From a virus (lineage: Duplodnaviria > Heunggongvirae > Uroviricota > Caudoviricetes): a DNA stretch of 64,000 bases. The notes below the pieces were generated by a model that had not been told where the DNA came from, ran no database searches, and saw only the letters and a list, made by a program, of their open reading frames with translations. Where the stretch lies: the IMG/VR virus record IMGVR_UViG_3300025009_000056; one strand, given 5' to 3'. Shown here piece by piece: positions 38,084 through 47,566 of the stretch. The translations under genes were made by a program, and so were the position numbers. Within the stretch, counting starts at the first letter, position 1. The number at the start of each line of letters is the position of its first letter.

Positions 38084-38123
38084 AATTTTCGTTTTTTAGT
38101 TTTCGCTGCAAAAATAGTATATT

Positions 38124-38783
38124 TTAGGCTCGATTTCGGTGTGTGTTGAAATAAATAATTGCACCCACTATTCCGGCAGAGATTAACAGTATCGGAATAG
38201 CTATCCTTAACACAGTTTCACCACTGAATGCCATAGACGAAATACGCCTTAACCACCCATCTTCGAAAGCTGCATTATCCAGACTATCATACCATTCGTA
38301 TTGAGCCTGTTTAATCGTTTCAAATATTTTCTTTTGGTCTTTGTATTCATTTATCGCCTTAACCTCAGATGAGCGCATTACGCTATCAATAGTAAGCCCC
38401 TTTACAAAACCACTGATTGCCTTTTTTGAAAGTTTTATACCGGAAGCCGGACGACCCCAATACCATTGCAAAATCACGTTTGCAACGGACTGGTTTTCTA
38501 TTTCGTCACCTCTGATAGTATCCCAAAACAGCTTTTTGCCAATTTTTTTTGCATCACTTTCAGTTAACGCCTTCAGTCTTGCAATTGCTTTTGACTGACT
38601 CATTGCCGTTAATTGCTCTCCGGTTGTTACACGCAAATATTGTTCGTATGTAATTGCGGCAATACCATGATTGGTTCCGATAAGCCTGCCAGCACTATCG
38701 TAATTACCAGAATCATTAGGCATGGCTTGATAGCCACCCTCCCATTTCATTAACCAATCTGTTATCGCACTCCAACTTGCCAT
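38124..38783 (-). CDS. GH108-like lysozyme with C-terminal TM anchor
   Basis: WEGGY..MPNDSG..GTNHGI; IAIPILLISAGIVGAIIYF. Confidence 0.8.
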   Translation of the reverse strand: MASWSAITDWLMKWEGGYQAMPNDSGNYDSAGRLIGTNHGIAAITYEQYLRVTTGEQLTAMSQSKAIARLKALTESDAKKIGKKLFWDTIRGDEIENQSVANVILQWYWGRPASGIKLSKKAISGFVKGLTIDSVMRSSEVKAINEYKDQKKIFETIKQAQYEWYDSLDNAAFEDGWLRRISSMAFSGETVLRIAIPILLISAGIVGAIIYFNTHRNRA

Positions 38784-38785
38784 AA

Positions 38786-39370
38786 TTATTTTATATTTAT
38801 AAAACCAAGAAGTTTAAAACCCTCGGTTTCAACAACGTTATTAAAAATCAACTTTCTTGTAGCCTTACTTACTTTTCCGGAATAATTACCCTCCTGCGTG
38901 TCAAAAGTTTTTTCATATACCTTTGTTACGACTCCAGCGTGTCCGGCTGACGGATTATTTGGATACTGCCAAATGACAATACTCCCCTTTTTTGGCTTGT
39001 TCGACAGTTCAAAATATCCGGATTTATCTTTTGAAAATGCCACCCATGAAGTCTGGCTGTTTACACTCAAAAGATTTTTAGCCACATCCCATTTTTTCTT
39101 AGGCAATATTTTCGACCAGATATATTTCGAATACAATACGCACCACGACCAACCAGTTCTCCAGCCTAAATCTTTTAACTCCTGTTGAAATTTGGGGTCG
39201 GAAAAAGAAACGTTATCGCCACCAACCTCATATATTCCAAGTGTATCCTCTAGTTCAGACGCAAGTGAGCCTATACCACGTGTACGCTTTAATAAAAAAT
39301 ATAAAAGTGCGCCACCGGATACAACACCAGCGGCGATAAAAACCTCTTTATATTTCTGAAAGATACTCAT
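38786..39370 (-). CDS. CHAP amidase with N-terminal TM anchor
   Basis: WSWCVLY, GSIVIW, GHAGVV, TQEGN. Confidence 0.82.
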   Translation of the reverse strand: MSIFQKYKEVFIAAGVVSGGALLYFLLKRTRGIGSLASELEDTLGIYEVGGDNVSFSDPKFQQELKDLGWRTGWSWCVLYSKYIWSKILPKKKWDVAKNLLSVNSQTSWVAFSKDKSGYFELSNKPKKGSIVIWQYPNNPSAGHAGVVTKVYEKTFDTQEGNYSGKVSKATRKLIFNNVVETEGFKLLGFINIK

Positions 39371-39374
39371 GTTG

Positions 39375-39764
39375 TTATGGTTTTAATCCTCCAATTTGTC
39401 CTCCAGTCGGGACAGGTGGGTCTAGCGTTATATATTTTTGCTCACCACAGGCATTGTAGTTAGTCTGACACATTTTCATCACATAATCAATAGTCCCATC
39501 CGCATTTAATACGGTTACATTTTTAAGATACCCCTTTTGCAACCAATATCCCACATTGTACATACCGCCATCTATCATCTGAGAATCATACATTTTATTT
39601 TCACAATTGCATTTCGCATTTGCAATTGATTGATTAGATACGGCGTTTAAAAAAAGCTCAGGGTTTGAATTTGTTTTCTTTCTCCTACCAAACACAATCC
39701 ACGCAACTACCCCGACTGCGACAATTGGCAATATATATTTTTCGATATTTTTCTCTATCAACAT
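39375..39764 (-). CDS. membrane-anchored protein, FLNA motif
   Basis: N-terminal TM; Cys-containing domain. Confidence 0.7.
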   Translation of the reverse strand: MLIEKNIEKYILPIVAVGVVAWIVFGRRKKTNSNPELFLNAVSNQSIANAKCNCENKMYDSQMIDGGMYNVGYWLQKGYLKNVTVLNADGTIDYVMKMCQTNYNACGEQKYITLDPPVPTGGQIGGLKP

Positions 39765-39773
39765 GTTTTTAAT

Positions 39774-40208
39774 TTATTTCGTAAAAAAGTATATAGCAAT
39801 AACAACAGCCACCCCGCCAATAATCCAGCCTGTATAATTGGTTTTTGTTTTTTCGACAACCACCTCTTCTACAACATCCGCACCCTGCGTTAAAGATGCA
39901 ACAGCACTCGTTTGATGCTGCATTCCGGTAATAAGAGTTTTTTTAAACTTTACTATCGAGCTGTTATTAGCAGGAATATCAATATATGGAATTCCTTGCA
40001 CCTCATTTGGGCAATCTTTATCCGGAGTTGTTCTGACATATTTATTTAAACCATTCCGGATGTTATTCCCCATAATAACATCACCTTTTTTAAATATCAT
40101 GCTATTGGTTAAACTACCCTCTTTATAATAAGCAGTGTAATCGGTTTGAAAAACCGCAGTCACGCAAGGTGAGTATGTTATAGCCGCATGATTAAAAATA
40201 TCGCCCAT
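39774..40208 (-). CDS. C-terminally anchored protein, paralog of 40212..40649
   Basis: FNHA start; A.F..DYTA...GD...G pattern; TM. Confidence 0.7.
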   Translation of the reverse strand: MGDIFNHAAITYSPCVTAVFQTDYTAYYKEGSLTNSMIFKKGDVIMGNNIRNGLNKYVRTTPDKDCPNEVQGIPYIDIPANNSSIVKFKKTLITGMQHQTSAVASLTQGADVVEEVVVEKTKTNYTGWIIGGVAVVIAIYFFTK

Positions 40209-40211
40209 GAT

Positions 40212-40649
40212 TTATTTTTTTAAAATTTTAAAACCAAGAAAGATAGCAATTGCACCGACAACCCACGTTACAGGATTACTCAGCCAGTTTTTAGAACTCG
40301 TTCCATCTTTCTTTATCTCCTGCACATTTCTCATTTCTTGATTAGGTATATGCTCCATCGTGGCTGTGGCTGTGGAATCCAACTGAGAAACACTGACAAT
40401 TGATTCATCATCTGCTGGAATCTGAATAGTTATACCGGATGGGTCTGGGAATACTCCACTCCTTGATGTGGTGAAATATTTTTTCGATTCAATATCTGAT
40501 ATTTTACCAGAAACCATATCTCCCGTATTCCATGAGCCGCTAAATTCTTTACCATCTTTATCTGTGAATGTAGCAGTATAATCAGCTACAAATTTAGCCC
40601 GAGCTGTTATTGGCATTTTGCCGTTTGCGTTATTAAAAAAGTCGTTCAT
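40212..40649 (-). CDS. C-terminally anchored protein, FNNA motif
   Basis: paralog of previous gene. Confidence 0.7.
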   Translation of the reverse strand: MNDFFNNANGKMPITARAKFVADYTATFTDKDGKEFSGSWNTGDMVSGKISDIESKKYFTTSRSGVFPDPSGITIQIPADDESIVSVSQLDSTATATMEHIPNQEMRNVQEIKKDGTSSKNWLSNPVTWVVGAIAIFLGFKILKK

Positions 40650-40661
40650 AATTATTTATTT

Positions 40662-41177
40662 TTAACCGATTAACTCTAACATTTTATACTTGTCATTGAA
40701 TGGAAGTGGAATAGAAATATTCGCTACGCCCACCTTAACCCACATAGTGCCCTTGTATTCCACATCGAGATTTTTTAAATCATTATAGTTCGACGCAAGC
40801 ACACCGAGCATTGGGTTTATTAAGGTAATAGGAGTACTGAAAGAAAGAGTCTGTTTTGTCTTTTCGTTTGGCTTAATAAAAACATTTTCGCGCGATGTTA
40901 TCCACGCCGCTTTTTCACCACCTATATAAACCCACAGTTTTAATTTTGTCATCTCCACGTCGAGATTTCCACGATTATCAATAATAAAGTCGAATGAGCC
41001 GTTCAAACTCTTTGAGCCACCGAATAAAACAGCCCAAAAGTTAATAGACAGATTGTCATACTCGAAATATGTTTTATCATACTCCTTCAGTAATTTATTA
41101 ACTTTGCTGTAAGCCCAAATTCCAGCTGCGGCAAGAGCCGCAACCACCACACTCCATATAATTACACGCTTATTCAT
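40662..41177 (-). CDS. LEA_2/WHy-like domain protein with N-terminal TM
   Basis: IDNRGNLDVEMTKL..VYIGG..IKPNE.. Confidence 0.65.
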   Translation of the reverse strand: MNKRVIIWSVVVAALAAAGIWAYSKVNKLLKEYDKTYFEYDNLSINFWAVLFGGSKSLNGSFDFIIDNRGNLDVEMTKLKLWVYIGGEKAAWITSRENVFIKPNEKTKQTLSFSTPITLINPMLGVLASNYNDLKNLDVEYKGTMWVKVGVANISIPLPFNDKYKMLELIG

Positions 41178-41794
41178 AATGAAACTTTTTTACCCGTTGT
41201 AGTGCTTCTTAAACTATTTCCGCAAACAAATGTTTTCAACCCCTTTTTGAGATTAGTCGCCCAATTCACGATACATATCTTATCCCATTTATAATAAGCC
41301 TGAGCCTGAGTAGCACTCCACTTAAATGTTTCTGTCAGATAACGAAATGCATTTGCATACGCAGCTATTTCAGAAATGGTATAAGTGGATGAACTTACCG
41401 TCTGTGCGGTAATATCCTGACCTTTTGCTATTTTATTATACTCCGTTTCGGAAATATGAGATTTACCATAAATAGCCGAAATAGCTTTTCCGGTATCTGT
41501 TCCCCACTCTCCATCAACATTAAGCGTACTCGATGATGGAAGCTGCTTGTTTAAATACCCCTGAACTATTTTTACGTTAGCATTTTCGCACACGCGATTA
41601 CCATATCCACTACCCTTTGTCAGCGGAAACGTGACGGTACACGATGATGTTGATTGCCCCGTATTTGCGGGAGGCAGTGTGTCTTCGTCGTCTTTTTCAT
41701 CCTTAGCGTCTTTGATAGCTTTAATAACAAAATACGCTCCGGTTCCAATAGCGCCGATAACAACTGTCCATATAATAACTTTACCCCAATTCAT
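41174..41794 (-). CDS. TM-anchored peptidoglycan-binding-like protein
   Basis: FPLTKGS...VKIVQGYL...VDGEWGTDT. Confidence 0.7.
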   Translation of the reverse strand: MNWGKVIIWTVVIGAIGTGAYFVIKAIKDAKDEKDDEDTLPPANTGQSTSSCTVTFPLTKGSGYGNRVCENANVKIVQGYLNKQLPSSSTLNVDGEWGTDTGKAISAIYGKSHISETEYNKIAKGQDITAQTVSSSTYTISEIAAYANAFRYLTETFKWSATQAQAYYKWDKICIVNWATNLKKGLKTFVCGNSLRSTTTGKKVSL

Positions 41795-41798
41795 ATTT

Positions 41799-42038
41799 TT
41801 ATTTATTTTGTGGATTTACTAGAAAACCTTTCATGAAGCTCGGCTTTGCAATCATTAAAACGGCAAGAGTAAGCAGCGTTGCACCTATCACTATTCCGAA
41901 ATAAAACGATGGCTGTAGTCTATAAACGTTTTCAACAGCTCTATATTTAGCAACAGGGTCAAGACTCTCATCCTGAATAATCGTCTCCACCTTGCTTAGT
42001 GCGACCTCTGCTCTTTGTATTTTCTTTTCGTCGTTCAT
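41799..42038 (-). CDS. membrane protein
   Basis: one TM. Confidence 0.65.
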   Translation of the reverse strand: MNDEKKIQRAEVALSKVETIIQDESLDPVAKYRAVENVYRLQPSFYFGIVIGATLLTLAVLMIAKPSFMKGFLVNPQNK

Positions 42039-42048
42039 TATTGCAAAT

Positions 42049-42411
42049 TTAAACAGTTTTTATACCAAGCGATGCAAGCCAATTCAGATAATAATTATAC
42101 ATATCTTCCGTAACCTGCTTTTCTCCAGATTTAGCATATAATGCATCCTGTGTTTCTTTGTTGAATTTTCCAGTTGTTGCAACATTCAGCATGATTTGAA
42201 CATTTGTAACCCTGTTTCCACAACTACCTTTCTTCAATGGGAAATTATCATTACAGGTTGACACGGGGGAGTTATCACTATCCAGTTCAAAACCTTCCTC
42301 AGCCTTTCTGTTTTCCCTGAATTTGTAAATCAAATACCAAGTAGCTCCAGCCGCACCCAAAACAAGCATAGTCCAGACCAACACATTCATTTTTCTTTTC
42401 TGTATAGCCAT
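42049..42411 (-). CDS. TM-anchored peptidoglycan-binding-like protein
   Basis: FPLKKGSCGNRVTNVQ...GKFNKETQDAL. Confidence 0.7.
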   Translation of the reverse strand: MAIQKRKMNVLVWTMLVLGAAGATWYLIYKFRENRKAEEGFELDSDNSPVSTCNDNFPLKKGSCGNRVTNVQIMLNVATTGKFNKETQDALYAKSGEKQVTEDMYNYYLNWLASLGIKTV

Positions 42412-42415
42412 AATA

Positions 42416-42988
42416 TTAATAATTAGGAAGTGATTTCACCATCGAATCCACCCTTGCCAAAAACTCATCCACCTCAACAAATCCACCACCACCTATTTCC
42501 CATCCAAATATATTAATAGATGTCGTAAGAGAATTCGTGATTGTTATAATTTCCGCAAAATAATCTCTCAAACTTTTTCCGTATTTTTTCTGCATAACCT
42601 CGGAAACCTGACTAACCTGAGCCTTACTATCCAACTCGTTTAAGATTGTAATAAACTCCTCGTCTCCATCACCATCATGAGAGTCCTTAAATCTTTGAGC
42701 GTATTTAATAACAGCGGTAGGTTTCAGTAATCGGCTCGAATATTTATCCGGAACTGTTTTATAGAAATTAGGGTCAAACGCATTCGAATCAACAACATCA
42801 TCAGCGCTTCCAGTTAAACCAACATTATTATCAATAGCTTGGTTTATCTTATTCAATAACCTAACTTTTATCGCTCTATTAATAACGAGATATGTAAGTG
42901 TAACCCCAATAATAGCAAAACCTATAATAATCTTATCCCGTCTTGAAAAACGGGAATCAATATTTTTTAAAGTATCTCCAAAAGACAT
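42416..42988 (-). CDS. TM-anchored protein with annexin-repeat-like segment
   Basis: GDGDEEFITILNELDSKAQVSQVSEVMQKKYGKSLRDY. Confidence 0.5.
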   Translation of the reverse strand: MSFGDTLKNIDSRFSRRDKIIIGFAIIGVTLTYLVINRAIKVRLLNKINQAIDNNVGLTGSADDVVDSNAFDPNFYKTVPDKYSSRLLKPTAVIKYAQRFKDSHDGDGDEEFITILNELDSKAQVSQVSEVMQKKYGKSLRDYFAEIITITNSLTTSINIFGWEIGGGGFVEVDEFLARVDSMVKSLPNY

Positions 42989-43003
42989 ATGTTGATTCTC
43001 CTA

Positions 43004-43435
43004 TTATTTTTTAATTCCACGAAGCATCAAAAGTTTCTCCGCTGTTCCTGTTCCACCGCCACCGTTTTTACTCGGCTTTAAAGCCTGATAAACAATAGCA
43101 ACACCAGCAAGTGTTATAACGCCAACAAAAATACCAGCACCAACAACGCCTATTTTAAACACATCACCGATAAAACCAAACACGCTACCAACGCTATCTC
43201 CTAAATCCTCGAGTATATTATCAGCATTAATAACAACGCCCTCATCTTTCATGTATTTACGCAAAGAGCCATCATTGGCTGAGTTACTTTTCCTTTTCTC
43301 CCAACATTTTACCCACGTAGCATTAGCTGTACGCTCTCCAAAATTTCTTTTGAGAGACTTATGCCATTCTATCCACGCTGCGCTTGTGGAGTTCTTGGAT
43401 GGCAATGTTGAAAGTGGATTTATTTTTACGCCCAT
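43004..43435 (-). CDS. C-terminally anchored Trp-rich protein
   Basis: WIEWHK..W..CW; TM. Confidence 0.7.
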   Translation of the reverse strand: MGVKINPLSTLPSKNSTSAAWIEWHKSLKRNFGERTANATWVKCWEKRKSNSANDGSLRKYMKDEGVVINADNILEDLGDSVGSVFGFIGDVFKIGVVGAGIFVGVITLAGVAIVYQALKPSKNGGGGTGTAEKLLMLRGIKK

Positions 43436-43438
43436 ATT

Positions 43439-43771
43439 TTACAGGTGTTTATTGTATTCGTTTAAAATGTTCCCACTGCCTCCGATAAAAGCATTTGTAG
43501 TTGGCGCTGTTTGCTGTGGTGTTTCAACCTGCACATCACCATCGCTTTCAATACCCTCGATATTGGTTGCCTGTAATACCACATTCGAAACCTCTTCATC
43601 GGTTGAATTCGGAAACAATGATTTCAATACATCATGCATCTTGTTCTGAATCTTGTCAACGGTTTCAGCTTCCACCTTCAGGTATTCACCCTTGTATTTT
43701 CCGAGCAGAATATATCTTGCAACAAAAAATCCAACACCAAAAGAAATCGCTATTTTAATAATACTGTCCAT
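43439..43771 (-). CDS. membrane-anchored protein
   Basis: N-terminal TM. Confidence 0.65.
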   Translation of the reverse strand: MDSIIKIAISFGVGFFVARYILLGKYKGEYLKVEAETVDKIQNKMHDVLKSLFPNSTDEEVSNVVLQATNIEGIESDGDVQVETPQQTAPTTNAFIGGSGNILNEYNKHL

Positions 43772-43783
43772 GTTATATATTTT

Positions 43784-43975
43784 TTAATTGTTTTCGATTA
43801 TTTTCGCAGTATAGAAACCACCCAAAGTCAACCCACCAATAACTAAAAGCGTCATTGCTGACTTATTTAATTTCAGCGCATTACCAGCCAATCCAGCTAG
43901 TCCGGCCATAAACAATGTCCCTGACATCATCAGGTAAACCTTTCCGAACTTTTGTTTATTTGTAGTCGTTTCCAT
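43784..43975 (-). CDS. small 2-TM protein
   Basis: two Gly-rich hydrophobic segments. Confidence 0.65.
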   Translation of the reverse strand: METTTNKQKFGKVYLMMSGTLFMAGLAGLAGNALKLNKSAMTLLVIGGLTLGGFYTAKIIENN

Positions 43976-43978
43976 TTC

Positions 43979-44341
43979 TTATTTTTTTACGTTTTCAAAA
44001 ATCTTTTCCATATTATCAATAAACCGCACATCTATCTCTCCCTCTTTTCTACGGTTGTTCATAACACTGGTTCCATCAAAAACCCGTGTAATGATATATC
44101 TTGTTTCCCTGTTATATAAACCGTCTATTGGTAAACTATAACCAAAATGATTAACGATGTTTTTCAATCGGTTTACATCAGCGCCTTTATCTCCTAACTT
44201 AACACCACCATCGGCAAAAGCAAAATACTCGCTGTCGCCATCCTGTTTATTTTCTTTCTTATCTCCGGATAACAACAGTTTTGTTATAGCGAATCCAGCT
44301 ATAACACCAACACCTAATATAATTAAATCTCTTTTATTCAT
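43979..44341 (-). CDS. TM-anchored peptidoglycan-binding-like protein
   Basis: KLGDKGADVNRLK...IDGLYNRET. Confidence 0.65.
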   Translation of the reverse strand: MNKRDLIILGVGVIAGFAITKLLLSGDKKENKQDGDSEYFAFADGGVKLGDKGADVNRLKNIVNHFGYSLPIDGLYNRETRYIITRVFDGTSVMNNRRKEGEIDVRFIDNMEKIFENVKK

Positions 44342-44910
44342 TACATTATTAATCTTCCGGTATATCCGTATTTAAGATACTGCTGATATTTTTCATCAGC
44401 CTCTTTTTTTTTCATTTCCTCATCAACAAAATTACGATACTCACTGTTTTTCTTTTCGTTTGAATAATTGAATTGAATAACGAGTGTAACCGTTGTGTTT
44501 TTGTCAACCATGTAATCTAAAAATCTTTTTCCACCAACCCTGATAGGTTTACGCAAATTCATTTCAGCGATAGTATTATCCTTTTGTTGTGCAGACATAT
44601 AACTTTCTACACTTATATTCTTTGCGGCCTCCGTTCCTGTCGATGACTGAAAGCGTTCTCTGAAAGAGTAACGAGCCTGACTTGGGTTTCCAGCGAATAT
44701 CACCTTCATGCTATGTATCTTTATCTCATTGGTATAAATATCCGATAAAATATAACTATAACCAACACCACCCGTATCTACTACCTCCACACAATCCATC
44801 ACAGATGGCGCACAAGCATAAGACAATCCTTTAAAAAGACTGACATTAAGAGGGTAACTCTTATTGTTTACTAGTTGTAATGTTATTGTATGCATGTTTT
44901 GACTCATCAC
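44341..44910 (-). CDS. paralog of candidate capsid domain (minor capsid protein?)
   Basis: LQLVN..VSLF..TNEIKIHSMKV..Q..STG..YMSAQ aligns by eye to 53241..53909. Confidence 0.6.
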   Translation of the reverse strand: MMSQNMHTITLQLVNNKSYPLNVSLFKGLSYACAPSVMDCVEVVDTGGVGYSYILSDIYTNEIKIHSMKVIFAGNPSQARYSFRERFQSSTGTEAAKNISVESYMSAQQKDNTIAEMNLRKPIRVGGKRFLDYMVDKNTTVTLVIQFNYSNEKKNSEYRNFVDEEMKKKEADEKYQQYLKYGYTGRLIM

Positions 44911-44940
44911 TCTTTCAGATTAACTCTTTTTAATAATTGA

Positions 44941-45051
44941 TTACGCTTTACCCCACCAGCCTTTGTTTTTTCCTAAGAAATAACCGCCTACACCGATAAC
45001 GGCCAAGCCGCCGATAATTAAAGCCCATTTTGTTCCACTTGACATTTTCAT
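44941..45051 (-). CDS. micro membrane protein
   Basis: 36 aa, WALIIGGLAVIGVGGYFL then KNK. Confidence 0.6.
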   Translation of the reverse strand: MKMSSGTKWALIIGGLAVIGVGGYFLGKNKGWWGKA

Positions 45052-45070
45052 GATTTTATTTTTTAAATTA

Positions 45071-45262
45071 TTACTTACGTTTCTTTGATTTCGATTTTGA
45101 TTTCGGCTTGGGGTTTTCCGGAAAATCATACTGAATGCCATCTTTATCTTTATAAACAATCTCACCACCACGTGCCTTGATTTTTTTGATATGGCTTTTC
45201 ATTGCCTTTGGACTTGAATGTTCTTTTTCATACAAATCACTTCTGTCTTTCGTCTTGCTCAT
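45071..45262 (-). CDS. small highly basic protein
   Basis: KPKSKSKSKKRK tail; module shared with 23993..24355. Confidence 0.7.
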   Translation of the reverse strand: MSKTKDRSDLYEKEHSSPKAMKSHIKKIKARGGEIVYKDKDGIQYDFPENPKPKSKSKSKKRK

Positions 45263-45296
45263 TTTTGCTGATTTTTAATTGTTGTCTTTTTATTTT

Positions 45297-45572
45297 TTAT
45301 ACCTGTGCAGAGGTTTCGTTTTTCGCCTCTTTGATTATTTTATTTACAAATGGAGTGGCTATTAAATTCGCCGGAATTCCAAAAATAAGTCCACCAAGAA
45401 TCCAATATCCTACACCTCGCCAGAATCCACCACCAGTTCTTTTGCTATAAATAACTCCAACTATAGAGCCAACCAATGCAACGCTACCAGAAATCGCCTT
45501 AATATTGGCAACCCTTGCAGCTTGGTTAGTGTTTAACGCTTTTTGCTCCTCTTCGCTTAAAAATACATTCAT
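45297..45572 (-). CDS. small 2-TM protein
   Basis: two Gly-rich hydrophobic segments. Confidence 0.65.
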   Translation of the reverse strand: MNVFLSEEEQKALNTNQAARVANIKAISGSVALVGSIVGVIYSKRTGGGFWRGVGYWILGGLIFGIPANLIATPFVNKIIKEAKNETSAQV

Positions 45573-45580
45573 GGCGCTAT

Positions 45581-45925
45581 TTATATTTTAGTTACATCTG
45601 ACTTTTTTACAAACAGACCATCACAGTCTATTTTCCAATACTCACCGTTTTCATCCATTACAGAAACTTTTGTTCCGTTTGCTAGCGTTGTGTTCATTTT
45701 CTGCATAACACCACCTTGACCCATTATAAAAATAGGAACTGCATCATATCGTGCTACCGCGTAAAAATACGGAATGCGAACACCGTTTTCACCGTACTGC
45801 GGCTCACCAAGTTTTTCATCCTCTTTCGGTGTTACAGTCGTATTATCGTCCTTGTCAATAAATAATTTATAAACAACAACGAGTGCGATAGCTCCTAATA
45901 ATATCCATTTACCAGTTTTTTCCAT
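45581..45925 (-). CDS. TM-anchored SH3b-like protein
   Basis: LANGTKVSVMDENGEYWKI..GLFVKK. Confidence 0.55.
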   Translation of the reverse strand: MEKTGKWILLGAIALVVVYKLFIDKDDNTTVTPKEDEKLGEPQYGENGVRIPYFYAVARYDAVPIFIMGQGGVMQKMNTTLANGTKVSVMDENGEYWKIDCDGLFVKKSDVTKI

Positions 45926-45930
45926 AATTA

Positions 45931-47562
45931 TTATTTTTCTTCCTCAAATCCGTTTTCAACAAATGTAACCATTTCTTTCATCAATCCCTCTCTACTCATC
46001 TGTTTGTAATAAACAGTGAAATAAATAGTATTTGCGGGCAGAATATCCATTTTGAAATAATTATCCTTACTAAATACAATCGGCTTGTCAAGATGAATAT
46101 CCAAAACAGTATTATCACCATCTGTTGCAAATCTACTGGCAAGAGATGAGTAATAAAAACTCCTTACGGCTCCATACGGGGTGCTATAATAAAGCGTTAT
46201 CGGCTTATCAAACTGAGCTGGATTAGTACACATCAGCTTTATTTCTGTTATGATTATCGGCTGAGTAATAATATCAGTTACAAACTGACTATATGTAACA
46301 GTTCTAACGGTTGACCCAGTGTAACGGATATTGGAGATATACGCATATTGCCAAATACCAAAACCATAAACACAGGTATATAAAATATTTCTTTGAGCAT
46401 CTTTATAAAAAGCGTTTATTTGATTAGATGGTAGTTGACTCCCATGCGCAGCACCCGATGAGGTGTTATATGTTTTACCTGTATCGGTAGTTGTATTGTA
46501 TTCCCATAATCCAAGTCCAGAACCAGCGTATAAAAAACCATCAACCTCGTCTTTAAAAACAAACAATATCGCGTCTGCTGGGACTTGACTTCCATTCCCA
46601 GCACCACCTAGCGTGTTATATATTTTACCAAAATCCATCGCAACATCCAACTCCCATAATCCGGCAGAGGTAGCTGCGTAAAACATGTTATTTACTATAT
46701 CTTTATAGATGGATACAACATTATTATCCGGCAACTGCAAGCCAGCACTAACACCTCCCGCCGTATTGTATACACTTCCTGTATCAGTTCCAACATCATA
46801 TCTCCATACACCACCACCAAGTGTTCCAGCATAAAGAATGTCGTTTTGATAATCCTTAAAAACACAAAAAACCCAATCGTTTGGCAATTGCAATCCAGAG
46901 CCAGCACCACCCGCATTAGTATATTGCTTTCCTGTATCTGTATTCACATTGTACTCCCAAACACAGCCAGTAAGTCCAGAGCACGAGGCATATAATACAT
47001 TATTAACCTCATCCTTATAAACACCAGACACGCTGTCTGCTCTTATTTGTTGCCCAAAGCCAGCCCCTCCAATAGTATTATATATCTTACCCGTCCTTGT
47101 AGACACATTATATTCCCAAACACCAGCACCTGTTGCTACATAAAGAATATTATTTGTGCTATCCTTGTATATGGAAAAACTATCAATAGATGGAATTTGA
47201 GAACCGAAATCAGCGCCACTCGTAGTATTATAAACCTTACCAACTCTTGTGGTAAAATTATATTCCCAGACACCAGCGTCCGTAGTTCCAATATACAATA
47301 TATTATTTAAAACATCTTTATAAGCACAAGTAGTAGAGTTGCTAGGTAGTGGGGCAATTTGTCCGGAAGCAGTATTATAAATAAGACCCCTATCCATAGA
47401 AGCTGTGTATGTGCCTCCCAACAATTTCTCGACATTAAAAATCTCAGCGGTAACAGTTTCGTAAGGATTATCATTTACAAGTTCGGCAACATATGAACCT
47501 CGCTTACTAAGTAAGTTTGCCTTTTTCGCCATCAACTCCAATGTCTCTTTATCTCTTACCAT
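45931..47562 (-). CDS. candidate capsid-domain paralog with inserted 7-bladed beta-propeller
   Basis: seven YKD..N.LY..T..GVW.Y repeats between N- and C-terminal halves of the shared domain. Confidence 0.7.
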   Translation of the reverse strand: MVRDKETLELMAKKANLLSKRGSYVAELVNDNPYETVTAEIFNVEKLLGGTYTASMDRGLIYNTASGQIAPLPSNSTTCAYKDVLNNILYIGTTDAGVWEYNFTTRVGKVYNTTSGADFGSQIPSIDSFSIYKDSTNNILYVATGAGVWEYNVSTRTGKIYNTIGGAGFGQQIRADSVSGVYKDEVNNVLYASCSGLTGCVWEYNVNTDTGKQYTNAGGAGSGLQLPNDWVFCVFKDYQNDILYAGTLGGGVWRYDVGTDTGSVYNTAGGVSAGLQLPDNNVVSIYKDIVNNMFYAATSAGLWELDVAMDFGKIYNTLGGAGNGSQVPADAILFVFKDEVDGFLYAGSGLGLWEYNTTTDTGKTYNTSSGAAHGSQLPSNQINAFYKDAQRNILYTCVYGFGIWQYAYISNIRYTGSTVRTVTYSQFVTDIITQPIIITEIKLMCTNPAQFDKPITLYYSTPYGAVRSFYYSSLASRFATDGDNTVLDIHLDKPIVFSKDNYFKMDILPANTIYFTVYYKQMSREGLMKEMVTFVENGFEEEK

Positions 47563-47566
47563 AATA

